64,000 nt of DNA from Rotaria socialis (Eukaryota), in contig CAJNYD010000236.1 of NCBI GenBank assembly GCA_905331295.1, positions 124,001 through 188,000 on the forward strand, written 5' to 3'. The notes beneath the pieces were generated by a model. It had not been told where the DNA came from, made no database searches, and saw only the letters and a program-made list of their open reading frames with translations. Positions 14,046 through 27,090 of the stretch are shown one piece after another. Every line of letters starts with the position of its first letter. The stretch's first letter is position 1. The position numbers were made by a program, and so were the translations under genes.

Positions 14046-15941
14046 AAAATTCTTCAAATTTCGTCTTCTTATCGTTTCCATACAAATAAGTTTTCAGTTT
14101 TCAATGCTATCATATTGGTACAATATGTCATTGGGAATTTTATTCGATAAACAAATCATTTCGAGAAAATTATGTTATGAATGAGAGATTCATTTATAAG
14201 ATAATGAGCAAATCTGATTCCTTTTCATGTCATTAATAAATAAAATACTGTTATTTTAGACTGTATGCTTTTTTCGTAACAATATTTGTAATATTAAATA
14301 ATTGCTCATCAGTTTTGTTCTATTTCTTGATCCGATTACATTTATAACCTTCTTTTTCATGATGAGGGATACTTTGCTGCGGACATTTTCTAGAATTCTC
14401 GAGAGCTGGTTGGAACTCGAGAATGCAACAGCCTAGCATCTATTTTTAAGATCCGAAAGTTCAAAAATGAATAAAAATTTCGAACTTTTCAGCTGAAAAA
14501 TGCAAATTTCTCAAGCTCTTGCACATTTCTACGCTTTGGTTTAATTGAGATTTTTCTAGAAACTAGCGAACATATTTATATTGATTGATGAGTAATCCAC
14601 CATGCATAAACACAGTAAAATATTGCACGTTGTTCTTCTAGATTGAAAGAAAAAGACACGGAAAATTTTATTTTACACAAACTATATGAAAAATTTTAAA
14701 AGTAGAAATAAATATAATCAAAGTAATCGAAACTGAGCTGCGAATAAACCACTTGTTTTTTGGTTTGCATTAGCCTACGCTGACCAGACAATTAAAACTA
14801 CTTGGCCTGAGTTCTGGACAGTTGAGAGAACAGAATATACTCATTACATATATTACTAGATTTAATGATACAATTTTACAGTATGCATCACTATTTTTTT
14901 CTTATTTTGTCACGCTTATATCGATCATATATTTAGTTCTGCTCAAATACGATAATGAAACAGCTAAGTATCAAACTGAATAGAAATTAGAAGCAAAAAT
15001 AGAGTACTAGGCGATGAATAAAATCTGGTCTATAAAATGGATTATGCTTTCATAGCAACTCTACCTTCAACAACGCTCTCCCATAACGTTGAAAAATTCA
15101 CATTGTCAAAAAAAAAAAATTATAGCAATCGACAAACAGTTAACATCAAAAGCACAGGCGAAAAATATTTGCTGCTGGTCTTCGCTTGCTCAAATGATAT
15201 CGAAATAGAGATGAAGTGCATCTATGATTCATCTGAATTCCTATTTTATATTCATTTCCTAAAAACTCAAAAACAAAAGTGAGATAAAAACCGTCTATGA
15301 AAATAAAATGTAACATTAGCAAGACCCGTTAAGTACTGAGTGAATATTTCTACAGTCTCTTCAATTGTCAATATGACATACATAGTTAGTGCTGGAGTTT
15401 GACTAGATACAGCTGCCAAAATCCTACAAAAACCAATAAAATTAATGTCCTTAGTTTTTGAATTAAATATGTTAAATTTTTTAAGTCTCCTTTCAATTGA
15501 GATCGTGAAATAATGATAAATGTAGTGAGACAAGAAGCCATGCAAAATTAATTCAAACTTATAATGATTTTCTTTTAATTGATCATTGTCATGCAAACAT
15601 ATTTTACTATTACAGCTATTTCCGTTTATTGAAAGAATTTTTAACAAATATAATATTTATAATAGAGAAAAGCATCGGTGAAAAGTTTCTGTCCGAACAC
15701 ACGGCTTATCTGCATTAAGACTCTTCAGTTTAACGCATTTGAGACGTGTTGCATCATTGGTAAAATTGTTTGTTACCATTACGAGTGATTTGTATTCTAT
15801 ATCGAGAGTTAACAAACAAGATAGATGTGTTTTTGTTGACGAGACAAAGCTCAACATAATCCACATGTGCTTTAACCAGCTGAAGAAATATAAGATGAGA
15901 AAATGAAATCAGTGTAGACAAATGTTGTTAATTTTTTTGTG

Positions 15942-16299
15942 TCCAGATGAATGAATCCGACAGTGAATCTTATCGGATCTCATGGGATCTGACAAGCCGA
16001 CAAAATCCGATCAGATTTCTGGTCACGGACCTACTACAGAATCCGACGGAAAAAATAATTTTCTTAATCAACAATGAATAAGCATCTGGTGTCAACAGCA
16101 CACATGGGTCGAATACTTATCTTGGATCCCGTTAAATTCCGACACTGGAGCCTATCGGATTCCAACACTAGAGTTCCGATTGACAGTCCCACACCCGTAT
16201 ACCGATAGGATTTCGTCTGTTTAATGAAATCCATGCTATATCAGATAAGATTCCGACACGAATCCGATAGAATCCTACTATCGGAATCATTCTCCTGGG
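15942..16299. mobile_element. MITE rich in AATCCGA/TCGGAT motifs
   Basis: Imperfect TIRs TCCAGATGAATGAATCCGACAG / CTATCGGAATCATTCTCCTGGG; internal palindromic motifs. Confidence 0.7.
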
Positions 16300-16339
16300 C
16301 AGACGACAAAATTTGTTCGAAACTTATAACTTAAAATAG

Positions 16340-17190
16340 AATTAAATAGAATATTTGAAAAGAATGCAAATATATTTTTAAGGTTTCCAATTTTTGATTC
16401 AATAATATTATCAACAAAATTATTCCATAGCAAAGAAAAAGAATTTCCCTTCGTTTTTGCTTCCATCTTTTTTTAAACTAAATTCATCGTATAATCATGA
16501 AAGTCATCCACAAAGTAGAATGATGGAAAATAAAAAATTTTATAATTGGTTTTTGAAAATTTTGCAAGAACCTTCATTCTTATCTATCCAGTGATCTAGC
16601 AAATTTTGATTTATATCTAAATTATTTATAAGAGCTGTTGTGTATGAAGTGACGAAGCATAAAACTGTCATTGCTTCCGTCTCATTTGCTACCGATAGCA
16701 ATATTGCTATTATTGGTAAAAACATATTTTAATTAACAGAAATTGTTTTTTAATAATTGTTTGTATGTTTCAACCTTCTCAAGATGGTCTTCTTTCTGCT
16801 TGGTCTACTGTTGCTGGTGCACAGTTAGCTAAATTTTTCATTGTAGTCAAAATCTAATTAAAGTGCTTACCTCAAAAAATGGATATATGTAAAAACTAAA
16901 TAATCTTGTTGTTTCAATATACTTGTTCATTACAGCACATAGTTTTCTGAGACCCTCAGTACGATGTGACCAGTCAAATCAAAACACGTTTATTTTATCC
17001 AAAAGATTCAATAATATTGGCTAATTGTCGAAAAAGTTCAAAAATTGATCAAGCTACTCGCAAGGTGATATTTGTAAGTTGTGCTTTAGTTTTGCATTAA
17101 TTTTCAATTCTATACGCTTTTCTAATGAAATCAAATAAATCTTTTCTCAGCATGGAATTATGAAGCAACATGTGCGTTATTTAAAACGAT
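16340..17190 (+). pseudogene. Duplicated, degenerate copy of NWD 3' exons and introns (paralog of ~11800-12780)
   Basis: High similarity, e.g. AAACTAAATTCATCGTATAATCATGAAAGTCA and GTCTCATTTGCTACCGATAGCAATATTGCTATTATTGGTAAAAACATATTTT occur in both copies. Acceptor CAAG is mutated to CAAC (~16774), there is a +1 frameshift near 16835, and the equivalent of exon 12378-12481 is lost. Confidence 0.9.
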
Positions 17191-18826
17191 TCTTTTACAT
17201 ATGTAATATTTACATGTTGAGAATCACAATGATGTAGCCTATTATTTGTTCTTTTTTCAAATGCATTCTGAGAGTTGGAGTCTTCTATGGAGACGACTGT
17301 CTTTTTCCATAAAACTCACAATATTTATCCTTGATGAAAAATATTCCTATCACACTCTGAAGATTTTTCGTACTATTACTTATTATGCTAGATGGCATGA
17401 CCTATAAATTAACAATAGCATTATAAACAGAAATACAACTAATATTATCCCACAAAAAAACAAAAAAAAAATTCTGATTCTCAAGAAAAACGAGAGAGAA
17501 AGAGAGCAGAGAAATTTTTCATAGAACACTGGCACATATACGATACAACATTATCTTCAACAATAATCGGTTGATACAAAGCAAGAAGAGAGAAAAAACT
17601 ATACAATAAGTCGTACAACTATCATTGATTAAGTCGCGCCAAAAAAGAATATATGGGTTAGCGACGAAACAATAAAGAAACAAAAAATGACGTCATTGAC
17701 AATGACAACATAACTTAAACTATATACGTATATATATATATATATGTATATAGATATAAAGGATGACAAGAGGCGTGTTCATATACTCGGATATGTGTAT
17801 ATTTGTGTTGACTTATTATTACTAAGCAATTAAGTAAAACATGACGGCAACAATGTCTTGCTTTTTTGATGCAGATCTGCGTTTTTCGATGTTTTTCTTT
17901 CCGATTCATGTGCTCGTATGTTTGACGAGAAAAACAATATTTTTCTGTGCTGCACAGATAATCTTCATCGATTATTCACATAGGTGTTTTTTCTGCATAT
18001 ATGCATGTATTTTACAGCAATTATTTTCTCTCTTATTAGCACTAACTCGAATACTTACTCATCTCCATTCTTTATCCAAAAAAAGCAAATAGTAAGACTT
18101 TTAGATAAAACTCTAAATCCTCGATACATGTTAGTTTTCTTTGCTGCAAGAAATGTGTCTCGCAATAGAATACCATTGTGCAAGATAAGCAACTCTGTTG
18201 GCACCACTAGACACTCATCTATGACTATCTCATGTGCTTGTCATTTGTAGAAATACACAGTGTTAAGTTATTGTTTTTTTTTGTCATGTTTTGTACCTTG
18301 ACTACGAAAACATTATCTATAGTAGAAATTCTAGTAAACCTGGAAAATTTCAACTTTCAGCTTCATTAAACTTATCTTTGTTAGATGAATCTTAAAGAAA
18401 TCTATAGTTTCAAAACAGATGTACCCATTGAAAGTCTTTCTAACATATTCTGTATTCTGAATGAGAAAATTTTTACAGCCATTGTCACAGCGGACTCTGT
18501 TATGATAAGATAATGCTGTCCATCTCTTGTTACTTCTCATGTCTGTTTCTTTCCTCTGAATAGTTTTCACTCAGCCTATATACTGACTTAGACGATGGAC
18601 ACTCTTGTGTACGATGAAACAGAAGTCCTTCAATCTCTTTATTAACCCATTTGTAAAAACGACAGTCAAGAGAACAATTACAACAATAAGATATTAGATA
18701 GTAATCTATATACATAGCTATATGCATGTAATCTTGACTCAATTTAATGTTTTAATATATCTGTATTGATAAAAAGAAAAAAGAAACTTGCATATGTAGA
18801 TAAGATCAGATATAAAAATCATTATA

Positions 18827-20374
18827 ATGAATATTGAAAATTTCGAATATTATACTTTGTACTCCATCTTACCGCTTCAATCGTCCGACAGTACTGTGAT
18901 TAAATTCGTCGTTCGTTTCCATCGTATTTATCCATGGGTATTACTCCCATTTGGTTTTATTGGTTCTCTTTTAACAATATTAATATTTACAAGAAAAAAA
19001 TTTCAAAGATTTGGCTGCTCAATATTATTTGTTGCAGAAAGTTTTATGGTAAATATTGTTTTATTCTTCCTTTTTTCTTTATCTCAAAATAAAAACTTAT
19101 TCAGTTTTTTTTAGGATTTGTTATTAATTACAATAAATTGTATTCATCTTATTATACTTTATACATTTAAATCTTTTTTTTTTCAACGCTATTTGCACTT
19201 ATTTCGAATCTATAAATTTTTAACCAATTACTGTTCTCATTGTGCGGTTTGGATTTTATGTGTCATATCTCTTGAACGAGCTGCTGTCACGCGAAGTTTG
19301 GTTTGGAATCAAAATGTTTTCAATCATAAACATTCATATTGCATATTAATTATAATCTATACAGTATTATTTTTCTTCAATCTACATTATTTAATATTTT
19401 ATGGTCCTGAACAAAGACAATCTTGTCGATTTAACAATAATCAAACAGAAAAAAGATTATTGGCCATGTGCAAATCGCATGTAATTAGATCTTCAACTGG
19501 TGTATATGATGATTTTTTAAAATTTTATTTTACTTGGATGGATTTTATAATAAATTCTTTAATACCATTTATGATAATTCTATTAGCTAATGCAACTGTT
19601 ATGTACTCTGTATGTAAACAAAAAACATCAATGAGACAGTTAGGTGTACGGCAAACACGTTCAGCACGTGAAACACAATTAGCATATATCTTATTTGCTT
19701 CAACGTTACTTTTTGTTTTATTAACATTTCCATTACGAGTTTTTTCCCTGATTGAACCTCGCCTGCATTATGAAAAAGAATATTTAATTCTATTAGATGG
19801 TATCATGAGATTTCTATTATATCTTGATCACGGCTGTGGATTTTATTTGTATACATTTACTGGCGAATTATTTCGCCGTGAATTTAAAAAATTTTCAAAT
19901 GACTTTTTATATCTGATTTTTCGACGACATTTTTTTAATTGGTCATCCATTGAATCACGACGTCAGAGTGATTCAAATGGTGGTGCTGTTATTGTGCATA
20001 TAATTTATTCGCATTCGCAACAGCCACAACAACATGGCCAAAGTATATTACAAGACTCAACAAACAATTGTGGACCGATCAAATTATCTTTGCAGGAATT
20101 AGAACTAAAGAAGACTTTTTATGGGCAAGCATTTCATCCACATTGCACCTATGCAAGACAGCGTTCGAACCGCTCTTTTTCAACATCATCATCACAGGAA
20201 ACAGTTAGTCCTAATACAGGACAACAAAATTTACTTAGTATTACGACTGATGAGAATAATCATATGGGTGTTTTTAAACGGCATAGCTCATATTGTCTTG
20301 AATCACATTATCCACACCTAATTGTACCATTGACATCATCAAATAATCTACATCGAAAAAGCGATATATTTTAG
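18827..20374 (+). CDS. Class A (rhodopsin-like) 7TM GPCR, peptide-receptor-like; exons 18827-19048 and 19115-20374
   Basis: Seven hydrophobic segments; TM1 FGFIGSLLTILIF, TM3 ..ISLERAAV (DRY-like), TM5 SLIPFMIIL, TM6 LLTFP, TM7 FYLYTFTGELFRREF; 66-nt GT-AG intron joins M|D in frame. Confidence 0.92.
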
Positions 20375-20473
20375 TTTTTTTATTTTTATTGTTCCGATAG
20401 ATACTATTTAATTAATTTTAAGAAAATCAAGTATATCATTGTTGAATTTTCTTTATTTTTTTCTCTTTTGTAG

Positions 20474-20590
20474 CCAGATCTAATGTGTAAATCACGAAGT
20501 AAAGAATGTTTCAAGAAAAAACAACATGACCCAATTACAAAAATAGTACTACTCCTCTCACTGTTAATATCGCTAGTCCAGCAGTAGTTA
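20474..20590 (+). pseudogene. Truncated, frameshifted copy of the NWD terminal exon (paralog of 13764-13875)
   Basis: TTTTGTAG|CCAGATC acceptor and AAGTAAAGAAT.TTTCAAGAAAAAACAAC are shared; a 1-nt deletion leads to an early TAG; similarity ends just before the element at 20606. Confidence 0.85.
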
Positions 20591-21929
20591 TCCACGAGGT
20601 CGCATTTTTATGTACTCAAAAAAAGAAAGAGTACACTATAGAATCGGTCAGTGTGTCCGTCCATCCGTCCGTTTATTCGATAGCTCTTTGCAATTACCTT
20701 CGATTGAGCTGAAATTTTGTGCACAGAATTGTCTCATCAATATCTAGGTCGAGTTCGAAGATGATAAGGATCCGTCAAGAAATGGTTGTGTTATCGAAAA
20801 AATTGTCATTTTTGATCAGACCATCCCTGAGGGGGAGTACAGGGATTTTTCAAGACAAAAATTTTCTCAGAATTATCCACAACATATATAAATCGACTCA
20901 GTTTTTAACGCTGATTCTAAATTTGATATTAGTTTTGAACTAAATCGTAGCTTTCTAACGAAACATCGCCTGAAAAACGTCTCAAAATGCACAAAAACTG
21001 CATCCAGAAATCAAATTGCCTAGTTTCTCATGATAGCTTTGGCGTTCAGACATTCTAGAATGACCCATATGTCCCATGCACTTTTTGCAGTACACATAAC
21101 TCTCGGATAAAATCCAAAGTTTCCACATTTATTTGCTTCTGAAACATGGCCCGCTTTCGATTTCAACTCCAACCAAAAAGTTTTTCGGACCCCGGAAAAC
21201 TATGACATTGTTTCTTAGCTAAGAGACGTCTGATTAATATAAAATATTCGGTATCCTGAAAGGATAGCGTATATTGTATTAGGATTTCTTTCTTTCTTTA
21301 GTTTTTGCTCGAAATAACTAATATTATGAGTAAGAAAGTTTTGGCAAGAAATGAGCTTGAAAAATTAATTCAAGATAATAATCCATCAATACAATTTGTT
21401 GAGAAGAATAAAAGATCAAAGTCAAGCAAATGATAGCGTATTTTTTGTTATTTTTGTCAATTGCTGCTAGGGATGTACCTATGTGGGAGTGAGAAGCAAA
21501 AGAATCTGGATTTCCCAGCTTTGAAATGTAGGAATGGGTACTATTTTCCACAAATTGTGGTTTCCTGAATCATTTCCTAAATCAAATCCACATTTATGGA
21601 AAATGAGACGATACGATTTTTTGGGTCACCAAATAGGAATTTTTTATTTGAGAAGTTTTATGTCACGATTGTTCATTCGGGAATTTTTATATAGGAATCA
21701 TCGTGACCAGTATCCTCTCCTTATTGATATAATGCTTTTCATATATGTTTTATTCCTTACTGAAACGAACTGGAGCATACAATCACCTATTTTAGAGTGA
21801 TAATTTCAAATATAAAATACTACTCATAATACATCCAAACCGAAATATTAACCGTAAAAGCACCTGTTAGGACGACTCAGGTAGCATAATACAGCATTAC
21901 CAACTAGATCTGTGATAGATCGTGAGCGA

Positions 21930-23060
21930 AAAACGGTATCTGGTCACCAGATTCACTTCATATTTCATGTCTAGGGTTCTATATTTCTATTCCGAACGAG
22001 TAGTTCCATCTCATACTTTTCTCGGTTGCAATGAACGTCAATTTATATATGACTGCACATTTTCATTTTAGAATGTATAGCATTTCTCATATGCACTCCT
22101 AATGGGCATCAGAGCATATATTCTGGCCACCAGATTTAGTAATAGTTCGCGCAAAGTGTTTTATGTTCGTTTTCTCGAATAAGTAGTTCCATCTCATTCT
22201 ATAGTATATACGTCCGTCAACGTATATTTGTTAATGACTAGTGTACATATTTTAATTTTGAAAAGTATAACATGTCTGATATGCATTCATGTTGAGTAAC
22301 AGATGATATTCTGGTCACCACATTTATTCTATGCTTTGTCTAAGCAGACGTCTTTTATTATCTCTCAATATCTAGTTAAATGTTATTCTAAACTTGATTA
22401 CAATCAACGACTACTTGTAAATAAATACTGGGCATATTGTCCATATTGAAAAATATTCTCCTGTGCACTTGTCTTGAGCAAGAGAACTATCATCCGGGTC
22501 ACCAGATTCATTTCATAGCTGGTTATTGCGAATGTAGATTTTTATGTTTGAACAACTAGTTGAATGTTATGCTTATCTTGATAACAGCCGACAATTATTT
22601 GTAAATGACTACACTGGAAAAAAAAATAGCACCACACGGAACCAAGAAAGTTTCGAATTTTCTCACTGAACTTTAAAATGGTTTCGCAGGCACTACGAAA
22701 CTTAAAAAGGGTTTCGAGATTTGAAACGAATTCTGAACCTTTTTTTAGGTTTCGTAGGTTTTCCACAAAACCTTCGAAAAAGTTTCCTGGACTCTTGATA
22801 ATAATTTTGAGACTATCTTGGGCTTTTACGAAACCTTTTTGAGGGTTTAGAATTCGTTTCAAAAATGGTTCCGTATGGTGCTATTTTTTTTCCCAGTGTA
22901 GTAGACATATTGTTCATATTGAAAGAAAAATGTCTCATGGACACTTGCGATTTGCAACTCAACATAGATTGTGATCACCAGATTCATTGTATAATTCGTC
23001 TAAGAAAATGCATAGTATTAATCTCTGAATAATGAATCTTTGTTTTCTAATATCCCACTG
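21930..23060 (+). repeat. Diverged ~185-bp tandem repeat array (about 5 units)
   Basis: Anchor TGGTCACCAGATTCA variants at ~21941, 22124, 22312, 22497 and 22972; the last is displaced by a ~290-bp MITE insertion. Confidence 0.8.
22612..22898. mobile_element. MITE with CACTG termini and TA target duplication
   Basis: TA|CACTGGAAAAAAAAATAGCACCA.ACGGAACCA ... TGGTTCCGTATGGTGCTATTTTTTTTCCCAGTG|TA; interrupts a tandem-repeat unit. Confidence 0.85.
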
Positions 23061-23251
23061 CGAAGAATAGCGCTTGATAAATTAATGGTGTTAATTACAA
23101 AAAATTCATCTGATGCTTAGAGTTATACCTTTCGTATAGAAGCGCAGTACGTGCAGAGAATAGAGATAAAATATGTTTAGCGTGACAATTTTTTGCTTCT
23201 TTATTTAGAATTGTAGGAATGAAATAACTGAGCGAACTAGCAATTCACGTA

Positions 23252-23541
23252 CCCAAGTTTAACAGTACGGTCCGTATACTGTCGTTTACGGTTACTTTAC
23301 GACTATTTTACGGGCGAAAGTTTGCCGTAATATCTGGCGCAGTAATACGGACCGTATGATCATGAGAGTACGGAACACAAACAGCCGTAAGCCATGAAAA
23401 TTCAGTCCCGTTTACGGTGCCGTATTACTGTGTCAGGTATTACTGGCAAATACGGCCTATTTACTGCCGTAAATATACCGTTTTGACATCGTTTACCGTC
23501 GATAAACGGACTGTAAACGAGTCCGCTTTGATCAATCTGGG
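23252..23541. mobile_element. MITE with CCCA..TGGG termini (TACGG/CCGTA-rich)
   Basis: TA|CCCAAGTTTAACAGTACGG ... CCGCTTTGATCAATCTGGG|TA. Confidence 0.7.
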
Positions 23542-25540
23542 TACTGTATTTTTTTGATTTAAATTATCCACAAATTCGGAAATCCTCAAATAAAAATCCC
23601 TATTTGGTGGCCCGAAAAATCGTATCATCTCATTTTCCACAAATGTGGATTTGATTTAGGGAATAATTCAAGAAACCATAATTTGTGGAAAATGGAGCCC
23701 TACCGAAATGTAGTGGCTTTTTTATAGTAAAATTCTTGTAGAAGTTTTGTTTTAAAATCTGAATGTTACTAGGTTGTCATGAAGGGGAGTACGAAAATCT
23801 ACAGTATGACTTCTACTTTTTTCCTTTTGACATATCCCTGATTTTTGTACTAATATAATTCAGAGATTAACTCTCAAAAACAATTTCTTACAATATCTAC
23901 CACGTCAAATTGATTAGAGTCTGAATTGAAAATCAGGGTTTGGCTCAGTGTTTTACTCCGCGACTCCTATGCAGTACACTACTACAGACTCTAGTTGCTT
24001 AGTTTGTTTTATTCATCTTCATATGTCCCTTTTATTACTAATGGTGAGTGAAAGCTCCAAACGACATCGTGCGAGATGCGTCATAAATTTGTCTAGATTA
24101 CGAGGGAGGGACTATTTAAGTATTTAATTAATGAAATTTCTTCAAAACAAAACGAAAATTTTTAAGGCTCAAAGGTTGCACATCTTCATCTACTACAATG
24201 CATACCGAATTTTATTTTTGTTATTGAGGCTTTACTCGAAGTGAAGTCAACGAATATATTCAAATAAACCAATAGAAATTGTAGAATATATACATATATA
24301 TATATATATATATTTAATCATTCCTGTTCGTTTTACTTTATCGAAGGAATGTGAACATCTGTTTCATCAAAAATTTCCAAGTTTTTTTCAAAATATTATT
24401 AGACATTCTATTATAACTTATCTATACAATTGCATTGGTTGAAAAGCTCTGCTTTACAAGAAACAACAAGTGATAAGTGAAAATAATAATCCATACTGAA
24501 AAACAGGTTATTGATAAAATTATAAAAGGAAATATATATATATATATATACTAACAATCGTCTCTTAGTTTTTTGGAGCAGGGTATCAATTTTATAAATA
24601 AATTTATACTGATATTGATGTTTGAACTATTATTAATGGATACCATTATTGTATTATTTATTCATTACATTTCGACAACAATATTTTATTTTGTTAGATC
24701 GTATATATATATATATATATATAACTTATATATATATATTCATATTTGCCTAAAATATTTAAGCGCACAAAACAGATATTTTTTCAATGCTTTAACTTTT
24801 ATTTTTATACACAAATTAAAATATATATAGTATTCAGCAATAGCAAGATGAAGATATTGAAAATATTTATCGCGATTATTAATTTTTGTACTTTCAACCT
24901 CCCATGGTTAGTTTTAAATGTATCGGAGAAAAAAGAGAAAGTTATATCAAATATGTGCATAAATATAAATGTAGTTAGCCGGATAAAGACAACATCGTTA
25001 CTGGAACCTGGAGAATAAATAAACAACTGATGATATCTCGAATAGCAATAATACGGAAATTATACATCCTTTATCGAAAAGCAAATTTATTTTTGTTCAA
25101 TGCAATTCACACGTTTTGAAAAACAATTGGAATCCGCTTCATTAAATTAACAATAGCAGTTTTAAAATTTAAAAACAAACTTGAATTTGGAATTTTATTT
25201 TAAATACCAAACAAACACAACTGTTCATACTTATCTTTATGGATGCATATAGCATGATCTGATATACATAGATCTATTAGAAATTTACTATCATGACATA
25301 CTGGCACATCTATTCTGCCTGTTGGAATACACTTATAACGCAATTAAAATCAAACATAATATGCTATAATATAAGCATTCAAGGTAATTTGGAAAAGTAC
25401 TCATTCATTCATCTAATCCAAGAAATAAATAGTATTAAAATAACTAATGATGCATATATCGATCAACGGAATTTTATGACTCAAAAAAGTGGAAAGACTA
25501 TCTGGACCAAGTATTACGATGATCAGAAGCGTTTGTAAAC

Positions 25541-26453
25541 AACAAGGTTAAAACAGTTAAAGTATACTGTCATTGTAGACATTTTACGACCGTAAACAGC
25601 TAATTACGGTACTCAAACGGTTGAAAATTCAAGTATCCAATTGTTTATGATACATTGCATGAAAAAAACTGCTGTAAATACGTGCATAAGAACCGACAAG
25701 AAATTAATTGAAATAACCATTTACGATATTTTTTTGTTTATGATATGGATACAGCTTTAAAATGGTGACAAAATCACATCGATTTGAGATATTATTTGAT
25801 AGGATTGAATATTTTCCACCACTCTCTACAAAAAAGGTGTCTTACGGGACCTTTTCTTGGTACTATTTTCAGAACCATTTTTAAGTTCAAGCGAAAAGTC
25901 TCGAACTTGAAAGGGTTTTAGACTTTTTGGATAGAACCTTAAAAAAGGTTCGGAAAATGGTTTCCAAATCTAGAACCTCAAAAGGTTCGGGACCTTGGCT
26001 AAAACCATAAATGGTTCAATATGGCACCTTTTTTTTTTAGAGAGCGGTTAACCGAATAATGTGCAACATATGTATAACCCATCCAAATAGCATAATGAAA
26101 TTATTTAAAATTAATTGCGATAGATAATGTCGAAATGATAAAAGTAACAATTTTAATGACTAAAACGCAAGTTCAACAATCGTCAGTATAATTGTTTTAA
26201 AGTTTTATTTGTCAAATCAACCATGAAACAAAATACAACAACACTACCAATTTAATCTTTGAAAAAGAAACATAAAACGATAATGCAAATTAAATTTATT
26301 CTTTCTGAAGATAAAACATTTTACTGCATTTTAACGTCAATGGCTTTCCATGTCAGAAAATACGGACAGTTTGCTGTCGTAAAAATGCCGTTGTCCTACC
26401 GTTTACTTTCAGAAAACGGACTGTAAACGATATCTGTTTTGATCGACCTGAGT
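25541..26453. mobile_element. Older relative of the 23252 MITE family, containing a nested MITE
   Basis: 3' end CGGACTGTAAACGA..TTTGATCGACCTG matches the end of the 23252-23541 element; the 5' end is degenerate. Confidence 0.5.
25819..26047. mobile_element. MITE with CACTCTCTA termini (GAACC/GGTTC-rich, similar style to the 22612 element)
   Basis: CCACTCTCTACAAAAAAGGTG ... CACCTTTTTTTTTTAGAGAGCGG inverted ends. Confidence 0.7.
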
Positions 26454-27090
26454 TACCAAATTGATGAACTCTGAAGATATTTGAAAATGATCAATGATGA
26501 ACAAAATCAAATTGTCTTGCATTTTGGCAATCGTATAATAAAGACAAAGTATAATATTACTTGAAATAAGTATCTTCAGGCGATTGTATCCAGATACGAT
26601 TGAAATGTTATGCTTATTTTTTCTGTACACAACGCATTAAAGAATAATCCTTATATTATGCCGCTACAAGGTTCTTTTGTTTATACATGTTTTTTTATCC
26701 CTGCGATTGTTATTTCTATTGTTTTTTTTTTGTTTCGGATGAGTGATCTCTCACTAAGTTCATTAGCAAATTAAAAGTGCACTCTTTAAAGATGATGTTT
26801 AAATACTTAATTATTGTGTGAGAATTGATCATGCACAAAACTTCTGATTTAAGTCAAGATTGTTTCGAGGCACATTTGGTTAGATTATATCATGAAATCC
26901 TAGAAGAATCATTTTGACAATCGGATCCTATCGATTCCATATGAACTTCTGTAAACCGACGAATTCGTATCGGATTCGACGTCACATTGGATGCCATATC
27001 CTTTGTCGAAGTATTAGGAGCTGCAATAAAGGATCATAGAATTGGTATGATGGTTTTTAAGTGTAAACCTCTTGTAAAATATTATCAATA

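Larger units (their letters stand above)
21532..23704. mobile_element. Non-autonomous Mutator-like (MULE) element
   Basis: ~120-bp inverted termini (21532-21655 vs 23585-23704) and a 9-bp TSD GAAATGTAG (21523-21531, 23705-23713); no transposase ORF. Confidence 0.8.
20606..23822 (+). mobile_element. Helentron/HINE (DINE-1-like) non-autonomous element with nested insertions
   Basis: 5' TTTTATGTACTC with nearby inverted GAGTACA, followed by a GTCC/ATCC microsatellite (20656-20671). Candidate 3' sub-terminal repeat GGGGAGTACG (~23784), short hairpin AGTA-TGACTTC-TACT and a T-run. The 3' end is uncertain; another GGGGAGTACA lies at ~20832. Confidence 0.55.

Noticed and set aside
20355..20590. GPCR splicing onto the duplicated CaaX exon
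   Set aside because: The GPCR has its own TAG at 20372-20374, there is no suitable GT donor, and the exon copy is frameshifted and truncated.
22542..22862. ORFs inside MITEs (also 6457-6729, 20719-20943, 21534-21800, 26987-27235)
   Set aside because: They lie in non-autonomous repeats and show no transposase motifs.
21930..23060. CRISPR-like repeat-spacer appearance
   Set aside because: Whole ~185-bp units are mutually similar with no unique spacers; eukaryotic context and no cas genes.
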